A model generated the notes under the pieces. That model did no database searches and had not been told where the DNA came from. It saw only the letters and a program-made list of their open reading frames with translations. This document shows, piece after piece, positions 20,814 to 33,089 of a stretch of 64,000 bases of DNA. Numbering within the stretch: position 1 is the first letter of the stretch; each line of letters starts with the position of its first letter. Both the position numbers and the translations under genes were made by a program. The DNA comes from Myxococcota bacterium (lineage in GTDB: Bacteria; Myxococcota_A; Polyangia; Polyangiales; Sandaracinaceae), in the NCBI GenBank assembly GCA_036149055.1, contig JAYZQJ010000033.1, positions 1 through 64,000 of the forward strand, given 5' to 3'.

Positions 20814-22053
20814 GGCCGGGCGCCGGGAACTGGTCGCACAGCTCCTTGACCTGAGCCTTGATGCGCTTCTGCAGCGCGCCGTCTTCGACGTTCTCGATGA
20901 CGTCGGCGATCCAGCCCGCGACCGTCTTCATCTCGTCGGTGCCCATGCCGCGGCTGGTGAGCGCGGGGGTGCCGATGCGGATGCCGCTCGGGTCGAAGGG
21001 CGAGCGCTTGTCGAAGGGCACCGAGTTGTAGTTGCAGACGATGCCCGCGTGCTCGAGCGCCACCGCGGCCGGCTTGCCCGGGACGTCCTTGGGCGTGAGG
21101 TCGGCGAGGATGAGGTGGGTGTCGGTGCCGCCGGTCACCAGGCCGATGCCGCGGGACTTCAGCCCCTCGGCGAGCGCCTTGGCGTTGGTCACGATCTGCG
21201 CCGCGTAGGTCTTGAACTCGTCGGTCGAGGCCTCCTTGGCCGCCACCGCGAGGGCCGCGATCGCGCTGTTGTGCGGGCCGCCCTGCAGGCCGGGGAACAC
21301 CGCGCGATCGATCTTCTTGGCGTGCTTCTCGTCGCAGAGGATCATGCCGCCGCGGGGACCGCGCAAGGTCTTGTGCGTGGTCGAGGTCACGATCTCGGCC
21401 TTGCCGAAGGGGCTCGGGTGCGCGCCGCCGGCGACGAGGCCGGAGATGTGCGCGATGTCCGCGACCAGGACGGCGCCGACCTCGCGCGCGATCTCGGCGA
21501 ACTTGTCGAAGTCGACCTGCCGCGGGTAGGCGGTCGTGCCGCACCAGAGCAGCTTTGGCTTGTGCTCGCGGGCGAGGCTCGCCACCTGATCGAAGTCGAT
21601 GCGGTGGTCGTCCTCGCGCACGCCGTACTGGATGGCGTCGAAGTACTTCCCGGTGATCGAGACCTTCCAGCCGTGCGTCAGGTGCCCGCCCGCCGGCAGG
21701 CCGAGGCCCATGGTCTTGTCGCCGGGCTGCAGGAACGCGAAGTAGACCGCGAGGTTGGCCGGCGAGCCGGAGTAGGGCTGCACGTTCGCGTGGTCGGCGC
21801 CGAAGAGCCGCTTGAGCCGCGTGCAGGCGATCGACTCCACCGCGTCGATGTTGTGCTGGCCCTGGTAGTAGCGCTTGCCGGGGTAGCCCTCGGAGTACTT
21901 GTTGTTCAGCACCGAGCCGCCCGCCTCGAGCACCGCCTGGCTGGCGTAGTTCTCGCTGGCGATCAGGCGCAGGCTGTCGGCCTGGCGCGTCCGCTCGTGC
22001 TCGATGAGCTCATGGATCTCCGGGTCGATCTCGCGCAGGGAAGGCTCGGTCAT
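20803..22053 (-). CDS. glyA: Serine hydroxymethyltransferase
   Basis: LIASEN, NKYSEGYPGKRYY and TTHKTLRGPRGG motifs. Confidence 0.97.
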   Translation of the reverse strand: MTEPSLREIDPEIHELIEHERTRQADSLRLIASENYASQAVLEAGGSVLNNKYSEGYPGKRYYQGQHNIDAVESIACTRLKRLFGADHANVQPYSGSPANLAVYFAFLQPGDKTMGLGLPAGGHLTHGWKVSITGKYFDAIQYGVREDDHRIDFDQVASLAREHKPKLLWCGTTAYPRQVDFDKFAEIAREVGAVLVADIAHISGLVAGGAHPSPFGKAEIVTSTTHKTLRGPRGGMILCDEKHAKKIDRAVFPGLQGGPHNSAIAALAVAAKEASTDEFKTYAAQIVTNAKALAEGLKSRGIGLVTGGTDTHLILADLTPKDVPGKPAAVALEHAGIVCNYNSVPFDKRSPFDPSGIRIGTPALTSRGMGTDEMKTVAGWIADVIENVEDGALQKRIKAQVKELCDQFPAPGLMV

Positions 22054-22132
22054 CGGTGACTCCAACGTGCTGGAAGGGACCGGATCCATAGCACGCTTCC
22101 GGTCCGTCGCGCGCTCTGGTACCCCACCCCTC

Positions 22133-23623
22133 GTGGGTGCAATTCGTCCCGGTTTCGAGGAATTCCAGACCCTGGCGCAGGACGCCACCGTCGTCCCGGT
22201 CACCCGTGAGCTCCTCGCGGACGCCCTGACCCCCGTGCTCGCCTGGTCGACCATCGGCGGAGAGCCCGGCAGCTTCCTCCTCGAGTCGGTCGAGCACGGC
22301 GAGAAGTGGGGGCGCTACTCCTTCGTGGGCTTCCGGCCGGCGATCATCGCCCGCGGGCGGCGGGGCCGCTTCGAGACGGTGCGCGGCGGCCGGGTCGAGG
22401 CCCGGGAGGTCGACGACCCGTGGGTCCCCCTCCGGGCGCTGCTCGCCGAGTGGAAGCCGCCCGGCGAGGGCCTCGACTGGCTGCCGCGCTTCTGGGGTGG
22501 GGCGGTCGGCTACGTCGCCTACGACTCGGTGCGCACCTTCGAGCCCACGGTCGGCGAGCGGCACCACGACCCGGAGGCGTGGGACTTCGCGTTCGCCATC
22601 GGCGGCACGCTGCTGATCTTCGACGACCTGCGGCAGCGGGCGTACGCGGTGAGCCTGCGGCGCGTCGACCAGGGAGACCTGCGCGCCACCTACGACGCGG
22701 CGCTCGCCGAGCTCGAGGATCTCACCGACGAGCTCAGCCGGCCCCGCATCCCGCGGCTGCTCTCGCCCCCGACCCACCGCTTCGAGGGCGAGCTGCCCGC
22801 GTCCAGCTACGACCGGCCGACGTTCTGCGCGGCGGTGGAGCAGTGCAAGGAGCACATCCGCGCCGGCGACATCTTCCAGGTCGTCCTGAGCCAGCGCTTC
22901 GCCGCCGACGCGCGCGGCGTCGACCTCTTCGACGTCTACCGCATGCTGCGGGCGATCAATCCGTCGCCTTACATGTTCCTGCTGCGCATGCCCGAGGTCG
23001 GCATCGCCGGAGCCAGCCCGGAGACGCTGGTCCGGGTGGAGGACGGGCGCGCCGAGGTCCGCCCGATCGCCGGCACGCGCCCGCGCGGCCGCACCCCGGA
23101 AGAAGACCGGGCGCTCGCCGAGGAGCTGCTCGCCGACCCGAAGGAGCTGGCCGAGCACGTGATGCTCGTCGACCTCGGCCGGAACGATCTCGGGCGCATC
23201 AGCGAGCCGGGCACGGTCGAGATCACCGAGCGCATGATCATCGAGCGCTACAGCCACGTGATGCACGTGGTCAGCAACGTCTCCGGCCAGCTCGCCGAGG
23301 GGCGCGACGCGCTCGACGTGCTCCGGGCGACGTTCCCGGCCGGCACCCTGAGCGGAGCGCCGAAGGTGCGGGCGATGCAGATCATCGAGGCGCTCGAGCC
23401 GGTGCGCCGCGGCGTCTACGGCGGCGCGGTCGGCTACGTCAGCTTCAGCGGCAACCTCGACGTCGCCATCGCCATCCGCACCGTCGTCGAGCAGGACGGA
23501 GAGATCCGGGTGCAGGCCGGGGCGGGCCTCGTCGAGGCGAGCGATCCCGACGCGGAGTACGACGAGACGGTGAACAAGGCGCGGGCCGCGCTCAGCGCGA
23601 TCGAGGCCGCGCGGCGACGCTGA
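22133..23623 (+). CDS. trpE: Anthranilate synthase component I
   Basis: FLLESVE, GDIFQVVLSQRF, NPSPYM, PIAGT, EHVMLVDLGRND and PAGTLSGAPK motifs. Confidence 0.93.
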   Translation: MGAIRPGFEEFQTLAQDATVVPVTRELLADALTPVLAWSTIGGEPGSFLLESVEHGEKWGRYSFVGFRPAIIARGRRGRFETVRGGRVEAREVDDPWVPLRALLAEWKPPGEGLDWLPRFWGGAVGYVAYDSVRTFEPTVGERHHDPEAWDFAFAIGGTLLIFDDLRQRAYAVSLRRVDQGDLRATYDAALAELEDLTDELSRPRIPRLLSPPTHRFEGELPASSYDRPTFCAAVEQCKEHIRAGDIFQVVLSQRFAADARGVDLFDVYRMLRAINPSPYMFLLRMPEVGIAGASPETLVRVEDGRAEVRPIAGTRPRGRTPEEDRALAEELLADPKELAEHVMLVDLGRNDLGRISEPGTVEITERMIIERYSHVMHVVSNVSGQLAEGRDALDVLRATFPAGTLSGAPKVRAMQIIEALEPVRRGVYGGAVGYVSFSGNLDVAIAIRTVVEQDGEIRVQAGAGLVEASDPDAEYDETVNKARAALSAIEAARRR

Positions 23624-25676
23624 CCGGCGCGTCGCGCTCGTCGATCACGGCCTGCAGCGCCGACAGCAGCTGCTCCGGGCGGTAGGGCTTGGGGAGGAGC
23701 GCGTGCGAGTGGCCGCTCGCCTGCACCTGGTCGGGGTAGCCGGAGACGAAGAGGCAGGGGATCTCGAGGCCCCGCGCCTCGATCGTCTCCGCCAGCTCGA
23801 AGCCGACGCCGTCGAGCATCATCACGTCGGAGACCACCGCGGTCAGCGACGGGTCGAGCCGCTCGCGCGCCGACGTCACCCCGTCGGCGGTGAGGACCTG
23901 GTAGCCGCCTCGCTCGAGCATGCGCACCGTCACCCGGCGCACGGCCTCGTCGTCGTCGACCACCAGCACCCGGCCGCTCCCCGGCTCCGGCGGCGGCGGC
24001 GCGATCGGCTCCTCCGTGTCCTCCGCCGATGGGAGCCAGACCGAGAACGTCGTCCCGGCCCCCGGGGCGCTCGAGACCTCGACCCGGCCGCCGCGGCGCT
24101 CGGCGAGATCGCGCACGATGGTCAACCCCAGGCCCGAGCCGTCGCTCCCGCCGCGCGTCGTGGCGAAGGGCTCGAAGAGCGTCTCCGCGATCCCGGGGTC
24201 GAGCCCGGGGCCGTCGTCCGCCACCTGGACGCGGACCTCGCCTTCGATCGTCGCGGTGGAGACGTCGATGGTGCCGCCGGCCGCTCCGAGCGCGTCGCGC
24301 GCGTTGATGACGAGGTTGAGCACGATCTGGTCGACCTCGCTCGGCGCGGCCTGCGCCGCGCACGACGGCGACGCGTGCGACTGCCGCAGGGTGACGTTCT
24401 CGGGCAGGGTGCGCGCGAGCAGGCGGGAGAGGATCTCGATCCGGGCGACGACCTGCGCCGACTCGGCCTGGCTCTCCTGGGCGCGCGCGAACGCGAGGAG
24501 CTGCTGGGTCAGGTTCGCGGCGCGCTCGCTCGCGTGGAGGGCGTCGGAGAGGGGGCCGTCCTCGTCCTCGCCCCGCATCGCGACCGTCACGTTGCCCTGG
24601 ATCACGGTGAGCAGGTTGTTGAAGTCGTGCGCGATGCCGCCGGTGAGCCGGCCGACCGCCTGCAGCCGTCGGCTCGCGTCGAGCTGCGCCTCCATGCGCC
24701 GACGCTCGGTCATGTCGACCACGAAGCCCTCGAAGCAGGGCCCGGCGTCGCCCGCGTCGGTCAGCACGCGCCCGCTGAGGTGGACCTGGAGCCGGGAGCC
24801 GTCTCGCCGGGACCACACCGCCTCCGTCTCCAGGCTCTCGGAGGCCTCGAGCGCGGCGAGGAAGCCCGCGCGTGCGCCCGGATCGACGAAGAGATCGGCG
24901 GCGCCGCGCTCGCGCAGCGCGTCGAGGTCGTCGTAGCCGAGCATGTCGAGCAGGGCCGGGTTGGCGAGCGACGGTCGCCCCGACGCGTCCGCCCGGAAGA
25001 TGCCCACCGTGGCGTGATCGATCAGCGCCCGCTCCTGCGCGGTGGCCTCGACGAGCGCGCGGCGGCTCCGGTCGAGGTGGGCGAGCAGCAGGGCGAGCGC
25101 GGCGCCGATCTGGAGGAACGCCGAGATCGCCAGCCCGAACGGGACGAAGCCCTCGACGTCGCCCAGGAACGGGTAGTCCATCGCGTGCATGCCCCAGAGG
25201 ATCAGCATCACGCCGCTCAGCCGGGTGGCGCCGCCGCGCCGGACGAGCGCCCAGCCGCACCACGCGATCGCGAGGGCCAGCGCGCCGATCCCGGGCGCGG
25301 TCGCGAGGACCGGGTCCACGCCCGAGGCGTCGAGGGCCGCGGTGCAGGCCCCCCCGACGAGCGCGGCGAGCGTCCACCCGTGCGAGTACCTCCGCCCGAG
25401 GAACGCGTACGTCCCGCTCACCAGCAGCAGCATCGACGCCAGCGCGGCGGGCGCCGCGAGCAGGTGCACCAGGGGCACCGGCCGGCCGAGGATGTCGTTG
25501 GCGATCAGCAGCTCGGCCCCCGTGATGCCGGTCCAGCCGAGGCCCCACCGCCTCAGCCACACCTCGGGCTCACGGCGCGCGAGGAAGAAGAAGAGCGCGG
25601 CGAGCGAGGCCGACGCGGCGACGTCGAGGCCGCAGATGGCGAGGAGCGCTAGATCTCTCGGGCTCGCGACATCCAT
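23592..25676 (-). CDS. Hybrid sensor kinase (multi-TM, PAS, HisKA, HATPase, REC), paralog 1
   Basis: HDFNNLL, NLVINARDA, GSGLGL and REC domain; hydrophobic N-terminus with HAMDYPF. Confidence 0.9.
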   Translation of the reverse strand: MDVASPRDLALLAICGLDVAASASLAALFFFLARREPEVWLRRWGLGWTGITGAELLIANDILGRPVPLVHLLAAPAALASMLLLVSGTYAFLGRRYSHGWTLAALVGGACTAALDASGVDPVLATAPGIGALALAIAWCGWALVRRGGATRLSGVMLILWGMHAMDYPFLGDVEGFVPFGLAISAFLQIGAALALLLAHLDRSRRALVEATAQERALIDHATVGIFRADASGRPSLANPALLDMLGYDDLDALRERGAADLFVDPGARAGFLAALEASESLETEAVWSRRDGSRLQVHLSGRVLTDAGDAGPCFEGFVVDMTERRRMEAQLDASRRLQAVGRLTGGIAHDFNNLLTVIQGNVTVAMRGEDEDGPLSDALHASERAANLTQQLLAFARAQESQAESAQVVARIEILSRLLARTLPENVTLRQSHASPSCAAQAAPSEVDQIVLNLVINARDALGAAGGTIDVSTATIEGEVRVQVADDGPGLDPGIAETLFEPFATTRGGSDGSGLGLTIVRDLAERRGGRVEVSSAPGAGTTFSVWLPSAEDTEEPIAPPPPEPGSGRVLVVDDDEAVRRVTVRMLERGGYQVLTADGVTSARERLDPSLTAVVSDVMMLDGVGFELAETIEARGLEIPCLFVSGYPDQVQASGHSHALLPKPYRPEQLLSALQAVIDERDAPVSVAARPRSR

Positions 25677-26357
25677 CCGGTGGCCTTCATGATGGCACAT
25701 CGGCCCGCGTACGATGGGCCGGTGACCTTCCAGCTACGCGCCCAGCGCTTCGCGGTCCACCGCGCGCCCGTCCCGCACCTCGTGATCGACGACGTCTTCG
25801 GAGCGGATGCGAGCCGCGCGATGCTCGACCACCTCGTGGCGCTCGAGCCGGCCTTCGTACCCGCCGCGGTCGGCGGCCGCGCGGAGCGGGCGGACTTCCG
25901 CGCGAACCTCGTGTTCGGCCCCGACGCGCACTTCCACGATCCGGCGGAGGACACCTTCGAGGCGACCATCGCGGGCCGGGCCGCGCGCTCCCCGCTCCTC
26001 GCCGGCGTCGACGCCCTCCTGTTGAGCCGCGAGCTCCGCGAGCTGATGGAGTCGGCGCCGGCCCCGCTGCACGCCCTGGCGCGCGCCAACCGCTGGGAGA
26101 CACAGGTCAGCCGCTACGGCGCCGGCGACCGCTACGGCTGGCACCTCGACCGGCTCGGCGACGACGCCCGGCAGGTCTCCATCGTCTACTACCTCTTCGA
26201 GGAGCCCGCGCGCTTCGAGGGAGGGCGGCTCGAGCTCTCCGACGGCCTCGCCCGCGGCGGCCGGCTCCTCTGCGGCGAGCGCCGCGAGGTGGAGCCGCGG
26301 CACGACCGCGCGGTGATCTTCTCGTCCCGGGCGGTGCACCGGGTCACCGAGACCGAG

Positions 26358-28457
<2,100 letters not shown>

Positions 28458-28503
28458 CCCCCGCCCTCATGATGACACGAGCACGGGGAGCCAGAGCGGA
28501 CGA

Positions 28504-29643
28504 TCAGCCGCCGGGCGGGGGCATCGCCGGCCCGCAGTCCACCGGCTCCATCTCGGCGATCCAGCGGTAGAGCAGGGCGCTGCCGGCGGTGTGCTCCAGG
28601 CTGCGCCCGAGCTGCGGCATCATCGCGCCGACCTCTTCGGTCTGCACGCGGAGGTAGAGGATCGAATTCTCGGGGTCGCCGGGCACGATGTCGTAGGTGC
28701 GCCCGAAGGTGCCCCCGCCCGCGCTCCCGGGGCGCTTGCAGACGCCGAGGCGGAAGTCGTCCTCGTTGTCGTGATTCAGGAAGAGCTGCGAGGTGACGCC
28801 GGCCGTGCCGTCCGGGGCGTGGCAGTGCGCGCAGTTCGCGTCGAGGTAGCTGCGGGCCGCGAAGTCGAGCTCGTCGGCGGGGATCGCGTCGACGCCGTCG
28901 GCCTCGACGCGGCGGAAGTCGAAGGCCGCCGGGGTGAAGGCGGGGAGGGCGTCGATCATGCCGAGCTCCAGCAGGTGCCCGAGCTGGCTCTCCGGCCCGT
29001 CGCCGTAGTCGTACTCGCGCTCCATGTGCCGCGCGGCCGGGCCGATCGGCGTCAGCACCGCCTCGCCGCCCTCGCCGACGTTGCGCTGATGGCAGCTGCT
29101 GCACTGGTTGCGCTGCGGCACCAGGTAGCTGGCCTCGCGCGGCTCACCCTGCGGATCGATGAAGCTGAGCGTCCGCGTCTCGCCGCTGGGCGACAGGATC
29201 GCGTCGGTCTGCGCCTCGTTCCAGATGTACGGCCAGGCCTCCCAGCCGTCCGCGGTGTGGATCAGCACCCGGGTCTCGATGAGCTCGCGGTCCACCTCGG
29301 GCTGCCGCATGTCGGGCGCGAAGTAGAAGGTCTTCACGATCACCGATCCGACCGGGAAGCGGAAGACGCCCTCCGCGTCGTAGGCGATGGTCTCGCCCTC
29401 GGGCACGTAGATCGCCCGCTCCTTGAGCGCGTAGTCGCTGAAGAGCGGGGTGTTGAGCTCGTAGGGGACGACGCGCTCGTTGTAGATGAAGCCCTCGCCC
29501 GGATCCCAGGTGAACAGCCGCATCTCGCTGAGCCGCTCGGGCGGATCCTCGAGGTCGATGTTCGGCGGGCCGTCGAGGCCGCCGCTCTCACACGAGACGA
29601 GCAGCGCGGCCAGGGCACACAGGGAGCGGGCGAGGCGGTTCAT
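28504..29643 (-). CDS. SO2930-like diheme c-type cytochrome lipoprotein
   Basis: Lipobox; PYELNTPLFSDYALKER, IETRVL, CSSCH, CAHCH and MPQLGR motifs. Confidence 0.85.
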   Translation of the reverse strand: MNRLARSLCALAALLVSCESGGLDGPPNIDLEDPPERLSEMRLFTWDPGEGFIYNERVVPYELNTPLFSDYALKERAIYVPEGETIAYDAEGVFRFPVGSVIVKTFYFAPDMRQPEVDRELIETRVLIHTADGWEAWPYIWNEAQTDAILSPSGETRTLSFIDPQGEPREASYLVPQRNQCSSCHQRNVGEGGEAVLTPIGPAARHMEREYDYGDGPESQLGHLLELGMIDALPAFTPAAFDFRRVEADGVDAIPADELDFAARSYLDANCAHCHAPDGTAGVTSQLFLNHDNEDDFRLGVCKRPGSAGGGTFGRTYDIVPGDPENSILYLRVQTEEVGAMMPQLGRSLEHTAGSALLYRWIAEMEPVDCGPAMPPPGG

Positions 29644-29655
29644 GCGGTCGGCTCC

Positions 29656-31014
29656 TCAGAGATCCGTGGGGACCTGGATCGGGTCGCCCATGATCGAGTC
29701 GCACCCGAAGGGGCCGAAGTCGCTGCTGTCGAGCAGCAGGATGGGCGAGCCCGGCATCGAGAGCTGCGCGGTCACGTTGAGGCTGGCGAAGTCGCCCTCC
29801 GTGTTGCCGCCCACGCAGATGTGGTTGTTGTTGGTGTGCATCGTCGCGTCCTCGCTGAACGTCTCGCCGAGCGCGTCGTAGAGCACCGAGGCGGACGGCC
29901 GGTCGGTGAAGAGGAAGGCGATGAGCACGCCGAAGTCGCCGTGCGGCTCGGGCCGCTCCGTCGAGGGCTCGTGGGTGTTGTTGGCGATCACCACGTTCTC
30001 GGTGCGGAAGTTCGTGATGGTGCCGGGGGTCTCGCCCTCGAGCAGGCCGAGGTCCTCCCAGTCGCCGACCAGCGAGGCGGTGTCGAGCTCCCACACGGAG
30101 GGCTCCTCGATGACCGCGCCGCTGAGGATCGCGATGTCCCCGGTCTTGTTGTTCATGTAGGTGTTGCCGGTGATCTCCACCCGGCGCGAGGCCAGCGCGA
30201 AGGTGCCGGTGCCCGGGGGGATCAGCGCGACCGTTCCGCCCGGCGCGAAGTTCGGGTGGTTGTTGTTGATGATCATGTTGTCGCGGAGCCGCACGTCGCG
30301 GCCCACGATCGGGTTGCCCGGCAGATCGAAGGTCACGATGCCCGCCGTGTTGTTCTCGGCGAGGTTGTCGTACACGTCGGCGTACTGCGTGTTCTCGATC
30401 TCGAGGCCGGCGACGTTCTCGCGCACGACGTTGTTGCGCACGATGACGTTGATGCACTGTCCGACGTAGAGGCCCGCGTCGGAGCTGCGCTCGGCGATGC
30501 TCTCCTCGACCAGCACGTTGCGGCTGCGGACCGGGTAGATGCCGTAGGCGCCGTTGGTCATGAGGCCGGGCTCCGACCAGGTCGCCTTGATGCGGCGGTA
30601 GGTCACCCCGTCGCTGTCCTCGACCCGGATGCCGTCCTTGGGCGCGTCGAGCACCGTCAGGTCCTGCACCAGGAAGTTGTCCGCGACGACGTCGATGCCG
30701 TTGATCTGCGCGGTGGCGCTGGTGAAGGCGAGCACCGTCACGTCGATGCCCTGGCCGACGAGGTTGATGTCGTTCACCCCGCGGATGGTCACCTGATTGG
30801 AGAGGTCGAAGGTCCCCTCGCCGAGCACGATGGTCGTGTCGGAGTCGATGGTGTTCACCGCGTCGAGCAGCCCCTGGCTGTCGCCGCCCTCGACCCGCAC
30901 GCAGTTGGCCGTGTCGAAGTCGTCGCAGTCGACGTTCTCGAAGCCCGGCATCTCGCCGCCGTCACAGCCCCAGACCGCGAGGGCCAGTCCCAGAATCCAA
31001 GTCTTGTTCCTCAT
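29656..31014 (-). CDS. Parallel beta-helix repeat lipoprotein
   Basis: NGAYGIYPV, SDAGLYVGQ, NVAGLEIEN and NNHPNFAP motifs; lipobox AVWGC. Confidence 0.85.
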   Translation of the reverse strand: MRNKTWILGLALAVWGCDGGEMPGFENVDCDDFDTANCVRVEGGDSQGLLDAVNTIDSDTTIVLGEGTFDLSNQVTIRGVNDINLVGQGIDVTVLAFTSATAQINGIDVVADNFLVQDLTVLDAPKDGIRVEDSDGVTYRRIKATWSEPGLMTNGAYGIYPVRSRNVLVEESIAERSSDAGLYVGQCINVIVRNNVVRENVAGLEIENTQYADVYDNLAENNTAGIVTFDLPGNPIVGRDVRLRDNMIINNNHPNFAPGGTVALIPPGTGTFALASRRVEITGNTYMNNKTGDIAILSGAVIEEPSVWELDTASLVGDWEDLGLLEGETPGTITNFRTENVVIANNTHEPSTERPEPHGDFGVLIAFLFTDRPSASVLYDALGETFSEDATMHTNNNHICVGGNTEGDFASLNVTAQLSMPGSPILLLDSSDFGPFGCDSIMGDPIQVPTDL

Positions 31015-31102
31015 CACCGCTCCCGTCGCCCGATGGATGGATTGAGCGGCTGAAAGATAGCCGCACGGGCGTGGTTGGACCAACAGGAGTAGGTTGCTCG
31101 CG

Positions 31103-32770
31103 ATGCGACCGATCCGTCCCCTCCTCCTCGGCCTCCTCCTCCTGGCGTGCGATGGCGGCGAAGAACCGTCCGACGCGGGCCCCCTCGACGACGCGGCCGC
31201 CGCCGACTCCGGCCCCGCCGACGCGGGCCCGTCGGACGCTGGCCCTCCGCCGCTCCCCGACGTCTGCGACGAGCTCGGCCTGCCCAAGCGCCCCTTCGAG
31301 CCCGGCGGTGACGGATCGACCTGGGAGGAGACGGCGGGCGACTTCACCGTCCAGACCCTCGACGGCCCCTGGACGCTGAGCGAGCAGTGGAGCGGCTGCG
31401 AGAGCTACGTCTTCTTCAACTACTTCGAGAGCGGCTACGGCGACGGCCTGTGGGGCACCGCGCCCGACGAGCTCTTCTCGATGGGCCCGCGGAACGTCCA
31501 CTACTTCTTCACGTCCTACGAGACCGACCCCGCCGCCGCCCGGGCCCGGGTGGAGGGCGTGCGCGACGCGCTCGAGGAGGGCTTCGACTTCCTGAGCGTC
31601 CCGGAGGAGGAGCGCCGCTTCTGGCGGGCGCGCTTCCACTTCGTCGTCGAGCCCCTGCAGACGGTCGGCGGCTCGATCGGCCAGCTCGTCTCGGGCACCC
31701 GGAGCGTGCTCTTCGGCTTCGCGATCACCCGCCAGCAGCGCTTCGACCCGGTCGGCGTCCTCTCCGAGCTCCGGGGCGGCGGCTGGGCGCCGAACCTCCG
31801 CATGGCCCGCTACCTCGGCCCCTACTACGACTACCTGCACGACCTCGACGCGCGCCTCGAGGCGGACACCGACGCCACCGTCCTGCCCATCCTGGAGGAG
31901 ACGGGGGTGACCGAGCGCATCCTCGACCGGACGGTCACCCTCCCGGACGCGGCCACCATGGCCGGCTTCGACGAGATGCAGATCGACCTCGAGGTCATCT
32001 GCCGCGCGGACAACCTCGGCGACTGCTCCGAGTGGGACCGGATCGGCAGCATCCAGCTCTGCGTCGCGAGCGACTGCGCCGAGCGCGACGAGATCGCGCG
32101 GTGGATCACGCCCTACGCCCGCAACGGCCGCCGCCGCTGGATCCTCGACGTCACCCCCTTCCTCGGCCTGGTCCAGGACGGCGGCGAGCGCACGATCCGC
32201 GTCGCCATGGGCCCGCCCTGGGAGGAGCCGACCGTGCGCGACGTGAACGTGCGCCTCCGCCTCGCCACCCGCGGCGCCGACGACCGCCCCTTCGCCGTCC
32301 AGCGCGCCTTCCGGGGCGGCGCCTGGAACGCCGACTACAACACCCGCGAGCCGGTCACCTTCACCCCGCCGGCGGGCGCGACCCGGGTCGAGCTGGTCAG
32401 CATCATCAGCGGCCACGGCCAGGGCGGCGGCACCAACTGCGCCGAGTGGTGCGACCACGTGCACGACTTCGCGCTGAACGGCGGCGCGCCCCACACCGTC
32501 AGCTTCCCGGGCGAGGCGGGCACCCGCGACGGCTGCGCCGACCGCACCGGGGAGGGCGTCGTCCCGGCCCAGGGCGGCAACTGGGCGCCGCTCCGCGCCG
32601 GCTGGTGCCCGGGCCTCCCGGTGCCCACCCGCCGCATGGACCTCACGAGCGAGCTCGACCTCGGCGCCGAGAGCAGCCTGACCTACACGAGCAGCTACCG
32701 CGGGGGCGAGCCGCCGGGGGGCGAGAACGTGATGGTGGATCTCAGCAGCTACCTCGTCTTCTACCGCTGA
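31103..32770 (+). CDS. Peptide-N-glycosidase F-related lipoprotein
   Basis: Lipobox LLLAC; EWDR, EIARWITPY, SGHG, CAEWC and RAGWCPG motifs. Confidence 0.8.
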   Translation: MRPIRPLLLGLLLLACDGGEEPSDAGPLDDAAAADSGPADAGPSDAGPPPLPDVCDELGLPKRPFEPGGDGSTWEETAGDFTVQTLDGPWTLSEQWSGCESYVFFNYFESGYGDGLWGTAPDELFSMGPRNVHYFFTSYETDPAAARARVEGVRDALEEGFDFLSVPEEERRFWRARFHFVVEPLQTVGGSIGQLVSGTRSVLFGFAITRQQRFDPVGVLSELRGGGWAPNLRMARYLGPYYDYLHDLDARLEADTDATVLPILEETGVTERILDRTVTLPDAATMAGFDEMQIDLEVICRADNLGDCSEWDRIGSIQLCVASDCAERDEIARWITPYARNGRRRWILDVTPFLGLVQDGGERTIRVAMGPPWEEPTVRDVNVRLRLATRGADDRPFAVQRAFRGGAWNADYNTREPVTFTPPAGATRVELVSIISGHGQGGGTNCAEWCDHVHDFALNGGAPHTVSFPGEAGTRDGCADRTGEGVVPAQGGNWAPLRAGWCPGLPVPTRRMDLTSELDLGAESSLTYTSSYRGGEPPGGENVMVDLSSYLVFYR

Positions 32771-32824
32771 AGCGCCCGAAATCGTTGAAGACGAGACGAC
32801 TTCGCGATTCCGTCGCGTTTTCTT

Positions 32825-32853
32825 TTGACACCCCCAAATCGCTGCGCTACATC
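32825..32853 (+). promoter_or_regulatory. Putative sigma70 promoter of tRNA-Asp
   Basis: TTGACA-N17-TACATC. Confidence 0.55.
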
Positions 32854-32895
32854 ACCGGTCCCTCGGCGCTGAGGCGCCACGGGAACTGAAAATCT

Positions 32896-32969
<74 letters not shown>

Positions 32970-32971
32970 AC

Positions 32972-33008
32972 CGAAAGCCCTCTGCTCACGCAGAGGGCTT
33001 TCGCTTTT
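32972..33008 (+). terminator. Terminator of tRNA-Asp
   Basis: CGAAAGCCCTCTGC-TCAC-GCAGAGGGCTTTCG-CTTTT. Confidence 0.85.
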
Positions 33009-33089
33009 CCGTCCCCTGAACGTCGCCAAGGAGCAGCTCATCGCGGGGCGATCGGGGGCTCTGGTACGCTACGACGCGGCGGCGCGTGC

